A DNA stretch of 42,224 bases from a virus. Lineage: Duplodnaviria; Heunggongvirae; Uroviricota; Caudoviricetes. The first letter of the stretch is position 1, and every line of letters begins with the position of its first letter. Where the stretch lies: positions 101,319-143,542 of IMG/VR virus record IMGVR_UViG_3300031853_000004, one strand, 5' to 3'. Shown here piece after piece: positions 1 through 12,680 of the stretch. The translations under genes were made by a program, and so were the position numbers. The notes beneath the pieces were generated by a model. The model ran no database searches. It saw only the letters and a list, made by a program, of their open reading frames with translations, and was not told the DNA's origin.

Positions 1-3000
1 AGCAGTAATTTCAACTCTCTGTTTAATAGTATCTCCCCCAAGTTTATTAAATCCAGTTCCTTTAACAGACATTCCGCTAAATACTTTTAGCATGTCAGCC
101 ATATTTCTTACCATATTGACCGCATTTAAAATATTTTCAGTATCAGAAGAATTTAATACCAACTCTTTTTGATGTAACATTGCAATTCTTCCATCGCCAT
201 TTCAGTCACCAGTATAACCACCTGTATCGAACAGCTGTTCAGGTTTTACTCACCCAAGCCATCCGCCATCTTCAGGATCTTCCAAGTGTACAGAATAGTC
301 TCCGGTATATTGATATCCTCCAACAGAAGAACCTGAAAAATCTGAAATTCTCACCGCATTTGCCTGTCCAGAATACCAATTTCCTGCGGGGTCTTCTCCC
401 CAAGAGTCATAGTAGTATCAACCATTGAATCCTACAATATCTCCAACATGGAAGCCGCCTCTACTGCCACCGTCTCCATTACCTGAGATAGAAGGAGGTT
501 CAGGGACATTCCCATATTTATCTCTACGGCCAGCTGCAATATCATCAAGAATGGTTTGATAATTTAAATTCTGAGCTTTAGATTGATCTAAATCTTCTTG
601 TGCTTTTCGTAATTGTTGAGCAGTAACCGCACTTGAATTTTTAACATCATCTAGTTGCTTACGATATTCTTCAAGCTGCTCTGTAGCTTCAACTAATTGA
701 GCATTATCACCCATTAAAGCATCATTTAGCTCACGAGTAGCCGCGGCTAAATCTTTAGTTGAGTTAGTTGCTTCTATAATAGCACCATCAATATTATTAA
801 AACCATTAGTTACTATTGGAGCTACTTCATCTTCAATTAAAGTGCGATATTTTTGAGCTTCATTTTGTATATCATTGCTTGCTCGATTATTAACATTCAT
901 TAGAGTATCTATATCTTCGATAACTCCGTCTATAGTTTCATTTCATTGAATACCTACTTCTCCAAGAGACTCATCAGTTTTTTCTTGGATAGCCGTCATA
1001 GCTTGTTCGGCCATGTCTCTAATATTATCTGTACCAGTTTCAGTCATTCATTGAAGAGCACCAACCATACCCTCTCAAGAATCACCCAGCTCTTCTGAGT
1101 AGGCAGCCATATCTCTTGCAAAATCCTCTTCGAGTTTTTTAAGAGCATCCGCAGCATCTTTATCACCTTGCTCAGCTCTTTGAACCAAAGCTTCTCTTTG
1201 TTGGATATAATTTTGATATGCACTTAACCAATCTGAGTATGTATTCATTCTGTTTTCAGTAGACATATTATAAGCATCAAACTCAGTTTGTAATAAATCA
1301 GCTTCTTTATCTCTTACATCATTTTGATTAGCAGAATAAACATATCTGTAATTACCTTGAGTATCTCTGCGAAGACGCATTTGATTTTTATTATTTCTAG
1401 CGTCTTCTAATGCTATCTGTTTTTGAAGAATTTCAAGTTGAGCATTTGCATATTTTACATTAAACTCTGAAAGATGCTCTTGATCTTGTAGATATTTCAC
1501 TTGCTCTTCCATTGCATCTCTAATTTGATTTTGAATAGCTAAGCTTGAACCCTGAGCATCGTCCAAGAAGTCAAGATATTTAAGTCTAAGTTGTTCTATT
1601 AAGTTAGCTTTCTGTACTTCATCATAATATCTATCAGCATAATTTTTGTCACGTTCTCAGTCAGAAGATATATCATCTATATTACGAGTACCAAATAAAC
1701 GTTGATTTTCTTTCGCTGTAATTTCTTTAATTGCATTTTCAAAAGCCTTTTGCCAAGCATCCGCAACTTCTTTCTGAATTTCAATTAATCTATCTTCTGC
1801 TTCTTCCATATTAGTGCGGACTTGCTTTGCTATGTCAGAAGTTTTATCTTCAATCGCTTGATATCTTGCTACTCACTGTTCATAGATTAACTTTTGATCT
1901 CTGGCTTGCTGTAAGGTAGTACGACCTATTTGGTCATAAAGTTTAGATATGTTACCAAACTCTTCTTCTCCATATACCAGAGCTCGTACATCAGCTATTG
2001 TCTCAAGTTTATCAGTTAATCTATCATAACGATCAATTTGTTCTTCTTCTCTTTCAGCAATATCATCATAGCCATCTATGATATCTTCTTCAAGTTGTTC
2101 TCAAGCTTTTTCTGACTCTAAAGCTAACTCCCGCATTCTATTATAAGCATCTTCATATGCTTCATATAAAGCTGCGGTATTTTGCTGGAAAGGATTATTA
2201 GCTGCATTTGGATTATCTATCCAAGTTTGCAATCTAGCTAAATCTTGACTTGCCAAGCCTAACGCGCCAGTCCCTAAAGGATTATTAGCAGCCGCTCCTT
2301 GTTGCTGTCGGAAGAATGCCGCATATGATTGATACGTAGCACGACTCTCTGCATCAGTAGCTCTTCTAGCCATTTCTTCATTCTTGTCAATTAATGTTTG
2401 ATAATAATCTATAGCTTCTTTCTTGGTTCCACCAAAAATATTTTTAAGCTTCTCTGCATCTACTATAGTTGCTCTAAATGGAGAATCTGATTTATAATCT
2501 GTAAATAAACCAAGAAGTTCCGCAGCATTGTCTCGGAGTTCTTTAATATCATCTATTGCTTGTTGTGATGCTTTATATGCTTCAATCCGCAAATCTTCAA
2601 TAGCGTCTTTTAATTCTTCTATTTGATTTAGAGTTTCTTTAATTTCTTTACCTTGAAGTTCATCATAACGTTGGTAAAGATCTTTAAATTTATCCAGGTC
2701 TTTTTGAGCATTTTCTATAGCAAGTTCTAAATCTTCCTGACCTTCTTCTGTAGCGGTATTATTATATTCATTAATTAAATCATTGACTCTACCTTCAAGA
2801 GATTTTAAGACTTGAGGATAATTGGAAATAAATCCTTCTGAATCGAATTTCGTTCCAAAAGGAGAAAGTTGATTTCTTAAATCATTTCTTTCTTTTTCTT
2901 GGATAGCAAGTTTTTCTTTTTGGAGGTCAATCTCTTTTTCAAGCAAAGTGATTTGCTTATTCATATTGGCGCGACCTTCAGGGCCAATTAATCTATCAGT

Positions 3001-6000
3001 TTCTTGTTGAATTCCTGAAAGAGTTTCTTCAACATCATTCAACTGAGTATTAACTTTTTCATAAAGATCTATTTCTTCTTCGATAGGGTCTTTGGTCTTT
3101 GGCTCATAAGTATCTCCTGAGCCGCCACCGCCTCCACCGCCTCCTCCTCCTTTGCCTCCACCAGAGCCACCGGTATTCTTACGATAAGTACCCCCTCCAG
3201 AATTCCCACCTTTCTTTCTGAGAGTTACTTGAGGAACGGATATGTTAGATACACCTGTTTGAGCAAAACTGATTGCTGACTTTACGCTAGATCCTATGGC
3301 TGCTCCTGCTGCGCCTCCTGCAAAAGCTCCTACTACACTAGAAGCTACATCTGCCATTGCAGATCCAACATTATTTGTCATTTCTATAATTGGCATAGGA
3401 ATCGTTGCATTACTTATTTCAACTTCATATCCTATTCCATCAAAAGCATTATTAATAACTTCTGCAGCTTCTGGAGAGGCAGCCATCATCTCAGATAAAG
3501 CATCTAAGAATGGAGCATCATCTAGAGTTGCACCTACTTCTAAATCAGGTAAAGCTGCGTCTGCTATACTTAGTCATTCTATTAATTGAGGAATTTGTTG
3601 CTCTGTTAAAGAAGTAGTCTCTAAATATGCTTGTAAATTAATTGGATCAGCGAAGGCTTCTCTTAATCTATAAATAGCAGAAGTATCGCCTTCTGCTAAT
3701 TCTCCCAATGCTCTTAGCGTATCTTCGCTTTGTAAAAAAGTATCGGTAATTGCTGATGGATCAACGTTCAAAATTTGACTTAATATATTTTGTAAATCAG
3801 TATAAGCAGAAGCTATTTCTCCAGGTGAACCATTTGAAATTGCATCATTGATATTTTCTCATTTTTCAGATAATTCATCCATTCCATTTGCTGTTTCTAA
3901 CGCTTCAACCGCAAACTGTTTTAAATCTTCTTTTGCTTTATCTAAGGAATTTGCTAAATTTTTTACTTCTTTTTGTGTTTTTTCAAAATCAGGCGCTTCT
4001 TCAGACATGTTCGATAATGCTTTATTTGCTTCTTCATAAGAATTAGTTAATTCGTCTATAGTTTCTCTTAAAGTATTGATTTCTCCTTCATCAACACCAG
4101 CCCCACCGCTTGCTTTAAAGCGCTCAACGTAATCGTCAATAGGTACATCTTCCATTTTAGCTGTCTTAAAAATCTCTTCTATCTTCTCTTGAGAATATCT
4201 ACCTATTTTACTAAGATTTTCTTCGGAAGGCTCTTGTAAGACAGTTTTTAATATAACTTCTAAATTTTCTCCATTATTTAATCTATTAACGATATTTCTT
4301 AAATCTCTTTCAATTTCTTCTCTTGTTTTATCTTGATCAATTGCTCCAACAATTTTAAATTGATCTTTAATATCAATATTTTTTAATATTTCAGAAAAAT
4401 CAATATCTTTACCTTGTCCACTAAGAGATAATTCAACTTCTTTTACACCTAAAGTTGCTTTAGCACTCTCATCAGTAATTAACTTTAATGCTTGTTGTAT
4501 TTTTTGTAATTCAGAAAAAGTATTTTCTGAAAAATAATTTGAAACTAAATTATTATTATCTGACTGTAAAATATTTAAAATTTCTGATATATCTGTTATA
4601 TCTTCAAATTGCTCTTGGAAATCATTTTGTTGCGATCTCGCATTAAATTCACTCTGCTGTGCATCTTTTGCATTTTGAGCATCTTCTGAATTTAAAAAAT
4701 CTTGAGTTAATTTAATTGCTCGCTCTATTTCAGCATTAGTATCTTTTCAAGCTTTAGTTCTTTTTTCTTCATTAGAAGCATTATTACTTTCTTCTTGAAG
4801 CTTTTTAAACTCTTCTAGTCTGTTTTCCATCGTACCAATAATTGCAACATCATCAGATAAATCAAAGATATTTGTAGAAGAAAGAACGTCTCTTATCTCT
4901 TGACTTTTAGTTCCACCAATACCAAAACGTCCTCTATATAATTCACTTCCACTATTTATTGCAGCTTGCCCAAGTTTAGAGCCAGCAGCTCCGCCTTCTC
5001 ACCATTCTGTTCCAAGACTGTCTTTTCTAACTTGTTCAGCCGCATTAATTAAATCATCTAATTTAGCTTGATTGGCATTTTCAATAGCCTTCGCCAGACC
5101 ATTAAAATTATTTGCGGCAATCATAGCATCAGTACCTGCTATACCAAGTTCTATACCTAACTCTTTCGCACTATTCTTTAATTCATCAGAAACTTTTCCG
5201 CTTTCTTTAAAAGATTCATATAGCTTATTAAAATTATCAATTTTATTACTGAAATCTTCACTTTCAGTTTTTAATTCATCAAATAATTCTTTATTTTTTC
5301 TTCTTGTCTCTTTTACTGATTCTACATAAGAATTAAAAGCTGCTACTGCTACTCCAATAGCAGTTGCAAGAGCTAAAAAGGGATGAGCAAGAATAACAGC
5401 TTTTAAAGAAGAAAAACCATTTTTTACTAAATCTAGTATACTTGGTAACTTCGCAGCTTTTTGGTTTAATCCTTCTGTAGCAATATCAACCATTGCCATC
5501 CCTTTTTCAACGCCAGGAGCTGCATTTTTAAGTTCATTTAGTTTTTTGGTAGCTTCTGCTCCAGCATTTGAAACATTTTCAAGGTTTTTAGCATAATTAT
5601 TCATGCTACCGCCATTACTAATATGCTCAATCAATTCATCATAAGCCAAAATTCCTTGATCTTCGATTTTTTTTAATTCTGCAACTATGTCTGTTGATGA
5701 AGACGTGAATGTGTTTGAAAATATGGACAAAAGATCTTTTTGTTTTAAAGTATCAAAAGCTGTAACTAACTGAGGAACAGTCATACTTAAATTCATTATT
5801 GTCTGAAGAATTTTATCTCCAGTTGTTAAATCTTCATTAGATCAAATACTTCCTAAATTTTGAAAACTTTGTCAAGCAAAAGCTAATTGTCCAACAGCAG
5901 CAGTAGTATCAATAATAGATTTTATTTGTTTCTGATTATCTAATCCTTCATTAAAAGCTTTAGCTTCGCTTTCAGAACGTTGTTTCATAGCTTTTCCTTG

Positions 6001-8328
6001 AGCAAGACTAGATTCTCCGGTCATTAAAGTTCTCAATAAATTATCTATATTAACTCTACCAGAAGTTAAACCTTGAATAGATTCAATAAATTTAGTAGCT
6101 TCCAGCGTTAATTCTCTAAGCTCTTCTTCATTTTTATTAGCGCTACCTTCAAAATTAATCATTTTATTTTCAAGATTTTCAAGCTGTTCAGCCATTTGAT
6201 TAAATTCTTCTGTTTGTAAAACACCAGCTTCTCTAAAATCTTGTAAAGCATTACTGGCACCATTAAAAACATTTTTTAATTTATCTGCCTTTTGATCCAT
6301 TGTTAAAGTACCAGAGTTAAAATCTTTTTGCATTTGAATAACAGTTAATAAAGATTCTTTAAACTCTATTGCAGCACTTTTACCATCTTTAAAATTTTGC
6401 ACATATTGTTTTAAATTTTCTCCTTGAGAAAACTGACTTAACATTTCTGCAAGAGCCTGCGTATCTTTTCCCAAAGCAGTATCCTGTACTGCGGCTCCAA
6501 CTATACCGGCTGCTCGTATAGCTTTTTCCATTTTTTCAGTTTCTTGTGCTACCATATTAGAATTATTAGTAATATCTAATAAAATTCTATTATATTGTTC
6601 TGCTTGCTGCTCCGACATATTAGGCAAAGCCTCTTGTCCTTTCATAATAAAATCTACAGTATTTTTAGAAGCTTGTCCTTGAAATGTTGTCGGATCAGTA
6701 AAACCAAGTTGTCTTAATGTATCAGGAACATTTAAAGCATTATCTTTTCTAGCTTGTTCTATTTTACGATTTATATTGGCATCATTAATCATTTGAGCCA
6801 TATTGTTACTAAATAATTTACCAAATAAAGCGACTACTCCTGTTAAAACAGTTTGTCCTCCACCAAGAGAATCAACTAATTTCTTAATTAAATCTACAAA
6901 ACTAGTTAAAGCATCCACTGCTGGATAAAAATTATCTGGATTAAAAACTGAATTAAATAATCCTTCTAATGTTGCTTGAAGCTTTGCTGTTCTCCCAGCC
7001 ATTGAATTAATATATTCTTCATTCATTTGATCAAGAGTACCACTTGCATTTAATGAAGCTTTTGCGTATTGATCATACATTTCAGGAGAATTCATTAAAG
7101 CTTCAAAACGACCTAATTGATATTTTCCTGCTACAGTTTGCGCTATCGCAGCTTTTTGAGTAGAATCTAGATCACTTCAGATCTCCATCATATCTTCTAT
7201 CATATCACCAACACTGCGCATTTTACCTTCTGCGTCAAGGACTTCAACTCCTATTCCTTGAAGGGCGCTGGTAACTTTGCCAAGATCAACACCGTCTTCT
7301 AAAGTTTCTCCAGCTTTTAAATCAGAAAATCTAGCATATAAAGTTTTAAGACCATTGCCGATTTGTTCTGGAGCTTCTTTTGTTACAGACTCTATAGTTG
7401 CAATTTGAGCATTTAATTGTTCAAGACTAACATCAACAGTTGCTGCGGTAGAAGCTGCTTTTTGAGAAGCTTTTGCGAGTTCTTCTACGTCTGCTGCTGA
7501 TACATTTGCTACCATGGCTCACGAATCAAGTGCTTTTTCTAATTCCTCCATACTTCCTGATAAATGATATGCATTCATTAAAGCAGTAATTTGATCAGAG
7601 GTAGTCGCAGAATCTTGCTCTGAAGCATTAGCTAATTTAATTGATAATTCTGCTAATTGACTTGACTGTTGAAGATCAAATCCTTGCTGAGCAAATACTT
7701 GAGATCCTCGTGTAACATCTACCGTAGTTGCTCCTAAAGCCTTAGCAGCTTCATTAGCGCTTTTAGCATATTCATTCATCTGTTCACGAGAATAGTCTGT
7801 TACTAACATAATTTGAGTTAAAGAATCATCCAATTCTTTAACATAGTCAACACTTTGATGTAAAGAATTTAACATAGCACTAAAACCACTTGATACTACG
7901 CCTCATCTAACAGTATTAGATATAGTATTAAACATTTTATCTACTGTTGTAGAGCTACGTTTTAATCCTGTATCAATTTTACCAATTTGGCCAAGAAGAT
8001 TATTCATAGCAACTTGCCCTTGAGCACCGCTATTTTTAAAAGCTATCCCTAAATCTTTTGCTGTAACTCCCGCAGCCTGTATTTGTGCTTTAAATTTTGA
8101 TAAATCTAACATACCAAGAGAAGAGTTAAAAGAAGAAGACAGTGCTTTGTTCAATTCTTGTAGCTGTCTAATTGGTTCATTAAAATTTAATTTATCATTA
8201 AGATCGTTGCCTGATAATCTTCTTAAAGAGGCTTCAACTTCTCTAATTTGAGTTTGTAATTGCGTTAAGCCACTTGAATCAAGCTTAGTTGATATAGAAT
8301 ATTCTATAGTATTTGAATATTTCGCCAT
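1..8328 (-). CDS. Tape measure protein (>2775 aa, C-terminus runs off the window); requires TGA=Trp
   Basis: ATG at 8328 with RBS GAGGAGG. One frame open to position 1 with no TAA/TAG and 18 in-frame TGA (7903, 7519, 7177, 5872, 5842, 4999, 4747, 3859, 3574, 2101, 1873, 1657, 1075, 1048, 943, 418, 250, 202), joining nine track ORFs. TMP-type motifs NTVR(W)G, EI(W)SDLDSTQKAAIAQTVAG and FDTGGYTGD(W)NGDGRIAMLHQKELVLN; Gly-rich linker near 3120-3210. Confidence 0.93.
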
Positions 8329-8436
8329 GTCCTTGTACCTCCTCTACGCATGTTATTTTAAATCCATAACAAAATATCAATTATTTAAAATTACACCTAA
8401 AATATTTAAAAAATCTTTTGCTTGTCTAATAAAAAA

Positions 8437-8467
8437 ATGCCCTTACAAATTTAATCGTAAGAGCATT
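8437..8467 (-). terminator. Intrinsic terminator after the chaperone-like gene
   Basis: Minus-strand AATGCTCTTAC-loop-GTAAGGGCATT followed by a T-tract. Confidence 0.65.
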
Positions 8468-8471
8468 CTAA

Positions 8472-9038
8472 TTAATTAAATAAACTTTCTTCTGGTAATT
8501 CTATTTTTTTAGGTTCTTTTTCTTCTTGAATTTTATTATTCATTCCTCATTCATCTGCAACATTTAAAGTTTTTAAAGTATTATCATTATTCATAAAACT
8601 TTGCAATTCTTTAGTAAAAGTATCTAAATTATCAGAACTCATCATATCTGTTTGACTTAAAGCCCCTCCAAAAGAAAGAAGATATTCTTTATAGTCATTG
8701 AAATATTGTGTAGTTATACTACCTAAATAATCAAGATATGACATTGCACCTTCTGCGGTATTTATAGTTAATTCTTGATATTGATTAAATAAAGTTTGTA
8801 AAATCTCTTCTTTAATCATTTTATCCCAAGCTTCCATAGGATTGCGGTTAACCATATCTACAATTTCATCATCAATATCATCTACTAAATAAACAGCTAC
8901 TTTACACCAAAAAGCCTGCTCAAAGACATATTGATTAAGAAATCCATTATCATTAGCCGCATCTAAAGCAAAATTGATAATTTCATATCTCTCTTGAGTT
9001 GTAAGTGGACTAATAATTTCAAAATTTAAATCTAACAT
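8472..9038 (-). CDS. Hypothetical protein (188 aa), possible tail assembly chaperone; 1 in-frame TGA
   Basis: RBS AAGGAGG. The track ORF stops at TGA 8547; reading it as Trp extends to TAA 8472. The function guess rests only on position directly upstream of the TMP gene. Confidence 0.7.
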
Positions 9039-9074
9039 TTAACCTCCTTTTATTTCTTTATATTCAATAAATAT

Positions 9075-9103
9075 ATTATATCATATATTTATAGAGTTGT
9101 CAA
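9075..9103 (-). promoter_or_regulatory. Consensus sigma70/sigmaA promoter inside the late region
   Basis: TTGACA-17 nt-TATAAT with a TG extension, upstream of the ATG at 9038. Confidence 0.8.
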
Positions 9104-9110
9104 GTTTAAT

Positions 9111-10637
9111 TTATAATTTACTTAAAAGACTTTTAATATTAAGAGAAATTTTTATTTGAATTCCTTTTAATACATTATCAATCGCAGCTTCTCCAGCTTC
9201 CGCGCTTCCTCCACTAATAAAATTTTCTCAGTGAGCTTTACTTGCATTTATTACAACGCTATCTTGAGCATATGGATTTCATTGAGAAAACATATTCCCA
9301 GTAAAGCCATGAACATCCGCTTCTGAAATAACTTTTATCAAATCTCCTATATAATAAGTTTTTCCATTGTCAAAAAATACTAAATTATTTGCATTACTTG
9401 ATACCGTTAAATTTCCCATTGCTCCCATTAAAGCATCTAAAATTAATAATTTTCCTATTAATTGTTTATAAGTGCTTCAATAATTTTTAGCAATTCCTCT
9501 TTCAGAAGGATTTACAATTGCTCCTGCTAAATTTTTAATTCATATTTCTGAAGCCATATGAGAAGGCAGTCCATATTGAATTGCTCTTTGAGCGGCATAA
9601 TATATAGAACCAGCACTTGAAGCTATTGTAGTAAAATCTCCTAATTTATTTAAACTTTTATCACTATATTCTTTAACGGTACCTCCATATGTACCAGTTA
9701 TTCCATTGATAGAGGCTATAATTGAAGTATCACTAGTAGCAGTAATTTTTCTATTTGTAAAATCAGGTGCGGCATTATTTATAATATTTTGCATTTCCTT
9801 ATCTAAATGTTTAATAATATTTACAGATAAGTCTCCTGAACCAATAGTATATTTAGAATTACCAGTTCAGTTTGCATCTAAAACACTTCCTTTAAATAAT
9901 TTTTGTTTATTTCTCATTACATTATAGCTACAAGCTGTAAATAAAAACTCCGCATATAATGCATGAAAATCATGAGCTGTTTTTCTAAAAAAAGTAAAAC
10001 TATGTAGTCCTTGTTTTGAATCTTCTTTTAAAATATTTAAATTATTTTTAATTAAATTATATTCATTAATAATTTTTATAATACCTTCATTTTTAAAATT
10101 CCCTAAAGAAAAAAGGCCACTTTCTTGTAATTCTCTTGGAGCTTTATATCCAGCATCTAAACATCTATTAATGACATATTGTTTATATAAAGATGCTAAA
10201 GAGGACATTGCATCAAGAACTCTATCTTGCGCATCCATCATTGCAATTAATTCTTGTATTTGTCCATTATTTAAAGAATTAACTTTTTCAATATCAGATT
10301 TTGAACTATTTAAAGCACTATTTATTTTTGAAGAAAAAAGAGCTTCTGCTTCTTTTAAAGTAATACTATAATATTTATCTACTTCTGATTGTACACTTGC
10401 AATAAAACCAGAGTTAGTGTCATTTCCACCTCTAAAGAAATCATCAATATCATTAATGTCAACTTGATTTCCAAAAGAAGCTTCTGCTCTTGCAGAAAAT
10501 AATTGCGGCATCATTCTTTGAAAATAATTTTGTATAATTTTATCTTTTGTTTGAGTTAATAAAGAATTTACATCTTCGTTAGCTCAAAAATCTCTGGCAT
10601 AAAGATATAGACCTCCACTACTAACTCGTAAACTCAT
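9111..10637 (-). CDS. Hypothetical protein (508 aa) in the tail module; 6 in-frame TGA
   Basis: ATG 10637 with RBS GGAG. Joins track ORFs 9867..10514 and 9540..9794 through TGA at 10584, 9867, 9540, 9477, 9279 and 9228; ends at TAA 9111; no TGG codons. Confidence 0.8.
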
Positions 10638-10659
10638 TTATTCTCTCCAATCTATATAA

Positions 10660-10692
10660 AAAAAGAGGGCGATATAAAATCACCCTCTTTAA
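10660..10692 (-). terminator. Intrinsic terminator after the major tail gene
   Basis: AAAGAGGGTGA-loop-TCGCCCTCTTTTTTT on the minus strand. Confidence 0.75.
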
Positions 10693-10715
10693 ATCCTAAA
10701 TTAAGGCTCAATTGA

Positions 10716-11005
10716 TTAGTTGCCACCAGTTGTACTACCACCGGTTGTACTACCACCAGATTGTGTACCAGTAACTTGATCAAAGACTGATTTACCATAA
10801 AGACCGCTGAAATACTCATCGTCATCAGCTGTACGATTCTTGTGACCGATAATGTCTTTGTTAGCATAATTATGCTTAGCATCTTCGGGGTCAAGAATCT
10901 GAAGTGTAGCAAGAACTTTCTTTGTCTTATTAAACTTAGTATATGCTGGGAAGCAGTCAACAGTAAATGAGAATGTCGACGGATCGCCTGAGTTGGCCAT
11001 CGTAA
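10716..11005 (-). CDS. Major tail (tube) protein, exon 2
   Basis: After splicing the junction reads ...SNFT-F-TMANSGDPSTFSFTVDCFPAYTKFNKTKKVL...; ends at TAA 10716. Spliced product 374 aa with no TGA. Confidence 0.8.
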
Positions 11006-11178
11006 CATCATGTTCAGTTAAGTTCGCTACTCTTAACCCGTTCGTTCTATAACGAACAGCTGCATCTTTATATATACATGCAGATCAGACTATATCTTCA
11101 TCCTATTCTGGTATAAAACAGGAGCCTTCCACTTCGAGTCGCTTGACTCTACTTCCTTTCGGAATAGTCGTTGAACCT

Positions 11179-11688
11179 TTAAACTTGCCAAGTTTTCTTA
11201 TTTAAAATATAAGAAATATTTGAACGAGTACATCCTACTTGATCAGCGATTGCTTGCTGAGTAAACCCTTGTTCTCTTAAAGAAAAAATATTTTTTATAT
11301 CATCTTCTGTTAATTTAGAAAAATTACTTTTTACTCCTTTTCTGGTACTTAAAAGACCAGTTTTCCAAGCATGTTTAATATTTTCTTCTAAAGTAACCCA
11401 TTCCATATTATCAAAATTATTATTTAATTTATTCCCATCTTTATGATTTACTTGTAACTTCTCCATGTTTTCCACCGGTCTGAAAGCTATCATTAATAAA
11501 CGATGAATAGAATAACTTTCACTAGGAGTGACATCATCATATCTCATAAGATTAACTTGATAATATCCTCTTTTTAAAAATTTTGTTAAATTTCTATGGG
11601 AATATTCACTATAAACATCTCCATTTTCATAAATTCAATAATAATCTTTTACAATTGGAATAAAATCATTTATTTTTCTTTTTTTCAT
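11179..11688 (-). CDS. Intron-encoded HNH homing endonuclease (169 aa) with C-terminal HTH; 1 in-frame TGA at codon 18
   Basis: RBS AAGGAG, ATG 11688. MKKRKINDFIPIVKDYY(W)IYENGDVYS...QVNHKDGNKLNNNFDNMEWVTLEENIKHA (HNH motif)...TQQAIADQVGCTRSNISYIL (HTH). TGA at 11635. Confidence 0.88.
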
Positions 11689-11725
11689 ATAAATCTCCTT
11701 TAATTAAAAACTTTTATTATTTTTA

Positions 11726-11754
11726 ATTATACCAAAAAAGATTTATCTTGTCAA
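11726..11754 (-). promoter_or_regulatory. Consensus sigma70 promoter inside the intron, driving the HNH gene
   Basis: TTGACA-17 nt-TATAAT upstream of the ATG at 11688. Confidence 0.8.
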
Positions 11755-11845
11755 GTTTACTTGGCTGCTGATTATGCTACTTTTTGTAGCACGTCCCAGC
11801 AATTCAAAAGGTAAGAACTATACATTACTGTATAGCCACCCTTAC

Positions 11846-12680
11846 AGGTAAAGTTGGACTGTATCTTACCACGTGGAATAACGAACTGAGCAGGAAGATC
11901 CTGACCAGTAGCTTCTTCACGGAAAAGAGTATCCATCTCAATATAGTAATAGCCAGCAAATTCGTTTGCACTAATCTCAAGTTCCTGAGCGCCGCCACCG
12001 TGAACAGTATAGCAATCAATACGAACTGTATCACCAGCAACAACGCCAAGATCAGTATAATCTACAAGATCACCAGAAACAGCGATCTTAAAGAAAAGAT
12101 CTGTGACACCGTCAATATTAATAACACCGCGATCACCAACTGTAACGGCATTTGTTAAAGCTGCATCTGTAAAAATCTCTGCTTGAGAAATAGCAGATAA
12201 GAAGTTTTTAGGAGCACCTGCGCTATCAAGTGTAGTAGCATAAACAGGAGCTTCCTTAGTCACTACAAGAATATCTCCATCACGTACATCATGTGGAAGT
12301 TTAGCATAGAGATTAGAGCCAGTTCCTTCTATAACTAAGTCATAAACAGTATGTACGTAAACTTTCTTACCAGCAGTTTCGTTTGCTTTGCCCGTACCTT
12401 TAACGATACCAGCTCCAGATAGGATAGCAAAAGATTCTGGACTAATAAGAGCATCTTCAATAGTGGCTGTAAGAGTTTTCTCTCCATCCCAACCAATAAG
12501 ACGTGGGTTACCTTGTCCACCAGTGGCATATACCGTAGTAGCTGCCCCTTCGAGATTAGAGGTTTTAGCAGTATCGATGTAAAGGACTGGCTGCCCTGCA
12601 TCGAAGTGCTGGTTGCCGATATCGACAGAAGTTAGAGGTTTGAACACAACGTTCGCTACCTCGCGCACACCCATACGCAT
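11846..12680 (-). CDS. Major tail (tube) protein, exon 1
   Basis: RBS AAGGAGG, ATG 12680 (MRMGVREVANVVFKP). Motif PVLYIDTAKTSNLEGAATTVYATGGQGNPRLIGWDGE recalled from major tail proteins of large siphoviruses; located between head-tail genes and the TMP. The track ORF 11772..12737 reads into the intron. Confidence 0.8.

Larger units (their letters stand above)
11006..11845 (-). mobile_element. Group I self-splicing intron (840 nt) carrying an HNH homing endonuclease
   Basis: Exon 1 ends in U. P1 is ACCU-GUAA-GGGU with a U.G pair at the splice site. Core elements GAATTGCTGGGA, AATCAGCAGCC, GTTCAACGACTA and AAGATATAGTCTGA. The intron ends in G, and the exon 2 start UUAC can pair with intron GUAA (P10). 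Confidence 0.9.

Noticed and set aside
10652-11011. Minus-strand 119-aa track ORF overlapping tail exon 2
   Set aside because: Alternative frame over exon 2, starts inside the intron 3' end with no RBS, and crosses the terminator.
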